DNA from: Alloascoidea hylecoeti
Lineage: Eukaryota
Direction of reading: 5' to 3'
DNA: 64,000 nucleotides
Assembly: GCA_001600815.1 (NCBI GenBank)
Contig: BCKZ01000002.1
Span: 1,124,294-1,188,293 of the forward strand
Both the position numbers and the translations under genes were made by a program. Positions 57,985 through 64,000 of this stretch are shown in pieces. The notes beneath the pieces are model-generated. The model was not told the DNA's origin, ran no database searches, and saw nothing but the letters and a program-made list of their open reading frames with translations. Within the stretch, counting starts at the first letter, position 1, and the number at the start of each line of letters is the position of its first letter.

Positions 57985-60900
57985 TGTATATTTAATAAGT
58001 AAATTTGTTTCAGTTATGTGTGGCTCGCCCATAAGCGCTGGCGCTTAATTGAACTTCTGCTTATTATCCATGAATAAAGCTATTGCATATATCCACTTTT
58101 TAAATATATGAGAACTGTAACGACTTTTGACCCTATAATATATTATAGACTAAATATATATTATATATTTTTATTAATAGATGTCCATATGCATTTAAAA
58201 CATCAACTTCTGTTGTTCTGAGTTAGTTCCGTGCTGATTGAGAGGGTAATTACATGATGTTGTATATACCAATTAAGTTCGAAAATTTGGAAATCAGAAC
58301 TTATTAAAGTGCCTGTTGGAACCAATTACACCAAAAAGCCAAACTATTTTTGGTTGACTGTCCAAGAGTGCCAATAACCAACGTTAACAGAACTAGTGTA
58401 ATTGACTATAGATATTAGATATAACAGTATGGCTTCGTATATGTGGTATTGCCTCCAAAAAAAATCAATTGCATCATATATTATATTTTGTCCAGATTAG
58501 AGGGCGTTTTTCATGATGGTTTTTGGAGATAAGATATTCTAATACTCGATAGTTATATGATTATGAGCTTATATCGATATGTTATAAAAAATATGTATAA
58601 TTTTTCAATTTTTTCTACATATAGGGAGCGCGATCCGAGAATTACCTTAATGCGGCGTCTATATTAATATTACTGTACTTAACTTCCATATAACATCATA
58701 TCAGTTTTAGCATGTCCCGATTGTGTCCTTCATTTTATAGCTATATTTCGTTGTAATATAGAATTTGAATGGACTCAACCATATAAGCTTATGAGTGCGT
58801 ACATATATATATACTCAACTTGGTATTTATAGAATAATGTATGAGTACATATATCTCCAAGAAGATATGCATATTCATACCTGCATAATTATAACTGACA
58901 TTTAATACCACAATCCTAAACTTGTAATAAGTATCAATCAATTAATATAATATATATTTATATAATAATACTAATTATATGAAATATTACAATTATATTG
59001 TTTATCATGAATCACTCTATGTCTAGTAAATAAAAATTGCTTCATGTGATCAATTGTAGTACTAGTAGTATGTCTTTAGTAACAATATATTTATAATTAA
59101 TTAGATAGTTAACGTTATAGATATCGATGAGACGATTGAATAATAGTATTTATATCGGAAGGCTCGGTACATAACATTATCTTTAAATTACATTTAAGAG
59201 AAATAACCACACATCTGATGATAGTGATCGCGAAGTTCGTTATATTTCTCTTGCAATTAAATATGATTTGATAATTCAATTAAAATATCTAATTCTGACC
59301 AAGGGTAGAGAACCTTGGTACCATACTCCCAAAAAGAAAAATGCATAGCGACATATTTATCTATATCTAATAACGTCAACGAAATATAATGATTATATAA
59401 TTATATATGTGTTCTAAAGTGGGTTTCCTTCAATTGTGACAGTAGCTAAAAGGCTAATTAGATGTGCAACTTTGTGTCAAGTGGGATATGTGATCTCTAG
59501 GTATATAATAATATATAACTTATATATGAACTGAATCATTCAAATCAACTATATATATAATATATCATTATATCCATTTGTAAATAAAACATTTAAAATG
59601 AAAATTTTAAAGGGTTAAGATTTATATTTTTATGGAGATTCAAATGACTGATCATAATTCATGATCATGATATACATATATATCCAAGCATTATAATTAG
59701 CTATATATGTATTTCTAATGATATATATGTTAAACAATTGCAACCTCGCAATAATATTAATATTTAATATAATTGAAATTATGAAAATGAACAATGTGCT
59801 ATATGATATTAGCATTATTATTGTACTTGTATGAAACGCATATGCATATTTTTTTTTATACTATGTTGATATTAATATTATAAGTTTATACTAGTTATAA
59901 TTAACAGTTTTTAAAGATCAAAGAAAATTCTAGGTTGAATGTATATTATTAAGTGCACCAAATAGCCGGAGAATGTTACGATATTGCTGTACGTATATAT
60001 AATATATATATATATATATATACATACATATATCCACTATTGTGTCTATTTATAATTAATTGAAGTAGACAGTATAGTTTTTGATCATGAAGAGTTTTAT
60101 GTAGGCCCTATATATAAATAAGTTATAAACTTACATCTTATAATTCATGTATGGAAAGTTTTATTGACGCAACAGACTAATATATGATTTTAAATATCTT
60201 TTTAAGAAACGAAACAATGAGTTTTAATTATCTTAAGAAATATATTTGTTCAAATCATACTCTAGTATCAAATGTCTTTTAATTAGTATTAGCTTTAATT
60301 GGAAGCGCCAGTGATTATTTTTTTCATTTATATTTTTTGTTGAGATATGTTTTTGTTGAATATTTTAGTTATACTCAAACTCTAATATTACTTCGAGGAT
60401 CGACATCTTTATATAACATTCTAACTGCTTGATCTAAGCTTGATTATCATTGAACAAAGTCACAATAGTCTAGATGTAATACGCACATATGTGATTTCCA
60501 GAATTCATACAAATTGAAACATATAATCATGATATATACATTAGCGGTACGAAAGGATGGAATGTTTTTATTTATAGTTATGAACTCATTTATGCATTAA
60601 GAAATACATCTGAACCAGTACTTATACCAATTTATCGATGAATATACCTTCGTGATCGGAGTCAACCTCCTCTGAACACCAAACAATTAGTCCTATTGTG
60701 TATGAAATAAATAGCACATTTTCACACCTAGGAACTGTTTTATTTGACTATCTATAAATCGAGACCAGTTTTATTAAACACATCAAAGTCAATTGTTTAA
60801 ACTGTGTGTGAGATGGAACATAATATTTGATACATTCATTATCACCTACATATGGTAATAACGTAAATGCTACATCTATATATATATGAGACCTTATTTC

Positions 60901-62009
60901 TTGTTTAAGGTTATTGAAAATAAGGTTATAACAATTACACCTGTGAATAGGTAGAAAGACTGTACAATCAATATTTTTACTATCATCACTCTCCATATAT
61001 TTAGAGCTTCGACTGTAGGATATTAGGAGGATCTAATTATAGCAATGATCAATCTATTTACCATGTGTTATCTACACAGAGCGAATAGTAGACAAGGGTA
61101 TTGCCCTTATTTACATCACAGCAAAAAATTCAACTCTTTTGATTTATTAGAAATGATTAAAAATAATGTTATGACTCACGGAATTTATTTATAAGATAGA
61201 TAAACTAGCTCTAGATCTGTTCCACTTAAAATGTCTTGGAAGGCTGAGAACCTTTAACAAAGTTTGTGCCAGTTAGTTGTACCTTACTCGATAAAAGGGG
61301 GAAAAATGGATAGAACCATCCATATAATCATGACTGGTGAAATATGTAAGATCCATAAGAACTTTTGAATGTCTTAGGTTATGTTTTGATAATTTGTCAA
61401 TTGTGTACTGAAAGCTTTTGTTGATTTGGCCGACATTATAATCAGACTTTTTTAATGCATCGAAATAAGAAATTTAGGTTGTGTCCCTGCAGGTATTAAA
61501 AACTGATAGAAGTATAAAATTATATAATTGCTATTAATAGATTCTCCCAAGCTTAAGGATTGGAGGAAAAAACGGTTATTGAATTTTCATATTTTATAAG
61601 TTATTATATATATTCAGTTATCATGATAAGATTCCATAATAATAATCTTAAGCTCTGGTAAAAGATACGTTTGTTTTCGTTCAATCTTAATATTTTAGGT
61701 TTTAAATGACTATCATACAATGAAGATCGGCCTATAGCTACACTCATTATTTCACTATCGTTAATTGAAATTTTTGAGTTTGAGATGGAGTATATTGCAA
61801 TTGCATAGACAAACTTCGAGCATAAAATGGATACACGTGATCTACTTTTTCGATATGCTAGGTTTATCTTTTTTACTTTTTGTCTCTTCGAATTTCTTAG
61901 TTTCAACATTTTTGACTGTTCTCCCATTATTCTGAAAAGTGCTTGAGCCCTCTGGCAGGTACCAGAAACCACATTGTTATAATATACTCATCATTATTTT
62001 CACATTCTA

Positions 62010-63584
62010 ATGAATCTAGATTATAAATCTCAGATGGGATTTTCAAATCTTCCACCGAAACATCGTTCTAAACCCTTTTACTTAGGTAGCTTCCTAGTCT
62101 CTCCTTTATCTTTGTTTGCCCTGATATCCTTTTATGTTTTCATATTTCTAACAAATTTTCATTTGAAGATTGATGGTTATGATATATCAAAAGTGCTTAC
62201 TTTGGGACTTATCCCTAAAGAACACTATTACCCAGACTTCCCTTCGGGCAACCAGGTCTATATCAATGAAAAAGGACTAGTAGAATATCAAACACCTGCT
62301 GTTGAATTTTTTGATATGTATGACTATAGATCGACTGCTGGAGGTTGGAAAAGAAATGAAAGGATTTTATTTTTGGTTCCTTTGAGAGATGCTGCTGCCC
62401 ATTTACCAATGTTTTTCAATCATATGAGAAATTTAACATATCCACATAACTTAATTGACCTGGCATTTTTAGTATCCGATTCAAAAGATGATACAATGGG
62501 TCATTTAAAATCTCATCTAAGAAAAGTTCAAGGAGATGGCGACCCTTCTATGAGATTTGGTAGAATTGAAATTTATGAAAAAGATTTTGGACAAAATATT
62601 GGACAAGGGTTTTCAGATAGACATGGTTTTGCAGCTCAAGGCCCACGAAGGAAACTAATGGCGAGAGCTAGAAATTGGTTATTATCTGTTGCGTTGAGGC
62701 CTGACCATTCATGGGTATATTGGAGAGATGCTGATGTTGAAACTGTTCCAGCCTCTATCTTACAAGATTTAATGCATCATAATAAAGATGTAATTGTGCC
62801 TAATATTTGGCGTCCTCTTCCTGATTGGCTCGGTTATGTTCAGCCGTATGATTTGAATTCATGGCAAGAGAGTGAAGGTGCTCTACAACTAGCAGATACT
62901 TTAGATGAAGATGCTGTTATTGTTGAAGGTTATGTCGAATATGCAACATGGCGACCACATTTAGCATATCTTCGAGATCCTTACGGTGATCCTGAAGTTG
63001 AAATTGATTTGGATGGTATAGGAGGTGTTTCTATTCTTGCTAAAGCTTCAGCGTTTCGTCAAGGAGCTCATTTCCCAGCCTTTTCTTTTGAAAAACACGC
63101 TGAAACTGAAGGATTTGGTAAAATGTGTGTAAGAATGGGACTTTCTGTAATTGGATTACCACATTATGTCATTTGGCATATATATGAACCTTCAAATGAT
63201 GATTTAAAGCATATGGAATGGATGGCCCAAGAAGAAGAGAAGAGGAAAGAATATGAAAAAGTTAAAGCTATTTATGATAAAGCTTGGGATGTTGCATTTG
63301 AAGACGTTATTCCTGATTGGCGACAAGAAAAGGTTGATGTTTTTAAGAATACGGATTTGGGCAGGTTGCAAAATATTTACAATGATTGGAGTTCTGATGA
63401 TGATAATAATAATAATAATGATAATAATAATGATAATAATAATAATGATAATAATAACGATAATAGCAATGATAATAACAACATCGATAACATTGAAGAT
63501 AACATAGGAAATAAAAAGGATAATAACAATGATAATAATATTGAAAATAACAATGATAACAGCAACTTAGATAACTCTAAATAG
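62010..63584 (+). CDS. ANP1: Golgi mannan polymerase II subunit Anp1 (GT62)
   Basis: Type II TM; LPMFFNH...TYPHNLIDLAFLVSDS; DRHGFAAQGPRRKLMARARNWL; WRDADV DxD motif; HIYEPSNDDLKHMEWMAQEE tail characteristic of Anp1 rather than Van1. Confidence 0.92.
   Translation: MNLDYKSQMGFSNLPPKHRSKPFYLGSFLVSPLSLFALISFYVFIFLTNFHLKIDGYDISKVLTLGLIPKEHYYPDFPSGNQVYINEKGLVEYQTPAVEFFDMYDYRSTAGGWKRNERILFLVPLRDAAAHLPMFFNHMRNLTYPHNLIDLAFLVSDSKDDTMGHLKSHLRKVQGDGDPSMRFGRIEIYEKDFGQNIGQGFSDRHGFAAQGPRRKLMARARNWLLSVALRPDHSWVYWRDADVETVPASILQDLMHHNKDVIVPNIWRPLPDWLGYVQPYDLNSWQESEGALQLADTLDEDAVIVEGYVEYATWRPHLAYLRDPYGDPEVEIDLDGIGGVSILAKASAFRQGAHFPAFSFEKHAETEGFGKMCVRMGLSVIGLPHYVIWHIYEPSNDDLKHMEWMAQEEEKRKEYEKVKAIYDKAWDVAFEDVIPDWRQEKVDVFKNTDLGRLQNIYNDWSSDDDNNNNNDNNNDNNNNDNNNDNSNDNNNIDNIEDNIGNKKDNNNDNNIENNNDNSNLDNSK
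63398..63562 (+). repeat. GAT/AAT trinucleotide low-complexity tract (Asn/Asp tail of Anp1)
   Basis: Seen directly. Confidence 0.85.
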
Positions 63585-64000
63585 TTAAACAAAAGGCGGT
63601 TTTGTATTGATTATTGGAGTTATATTCTTTAAAAACTTATCATCAATCCTATATCTTTTTCCTCGGTCATTAGTTCCTTATCAAAAGAAGATAGAATTAA
63701 ATTTAGAATCATCATGAAAGGAATTATGATAATTCTAGTTATCAAAAATCACATTTTCACGACTTATTATTATTCCATTTGATTTTTGTATTATGCATAT
63801 AAAGTATCCATTTCCCATTCCCCATTTCCCATTTCCTATTTCATTGCTTTCCATTTGCATATAACTAATACACATCACAGGTATTTCTTAACTTAAAGTT
63901 TTGGGATTTGAATCATTTATAAAAATATAACATATATTTAGTCGTTATTTTGTTTTTGCTTTTGCTTAAATTTTTGTTTTATAATATTACATTTTTTATA

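Noticed and set aside
63808..63856. (CCCATT[T])n repeat after ANP1 as an interstitial telomere
   Set aside because: Short, irregular 3' UTR-type simple repeat; the species' telomere unit is unknown.
1..64000. CRISPR arrays, prokaryotic operons, rRNA, intact retrotransposons
   Set aside because: Sequence is eukaryotic with spliceosomal introns; no repeat-spacer arrays, rRNA or gag/pol motifs seen.

Overview
AT-rich eukaryotic DNA from a budding yeast (Saccharomycotina) that is intron-rich and appears to use the standard code (CTG falls at conserved Leu positions). I read about 25 protein-coding genes and one tRNA-Gln(UUG). Fifteen short introns (56-156 nt) in 11 genes were reconstructed by hand, which joins several fragmented ORFs and reveals four small genes missed or truncated by the ORF track: a YDR524C-B-like GPI microprotein, SNA2, the complex I 9.5-kDa subunit and a Yippee/MOH1-family gene. 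The centre is an ancient synteny block (SPS2-SPS1-AGE1-RBA50-YDR524C-B-SNA2, with KAR4 further on) that also carries KAR5 and a Tay1/Teb1-type double-Myb gene. The most unusual signals are: (i) all four non-consensus 5' splice sites fall in the sporulation genes SPS1 and SPS2; (ii) two unrelated MITE-like inverted-repeat elements lie in a 6.2-kb gene-free tract; (iii) a short transposase-like remnant sits beside the tRNA; (iv) a signal-peptide-less mucin-like membrane gene has paired pheromone-response elements upstream. All family assignments come from recalled motifs, not database searches.
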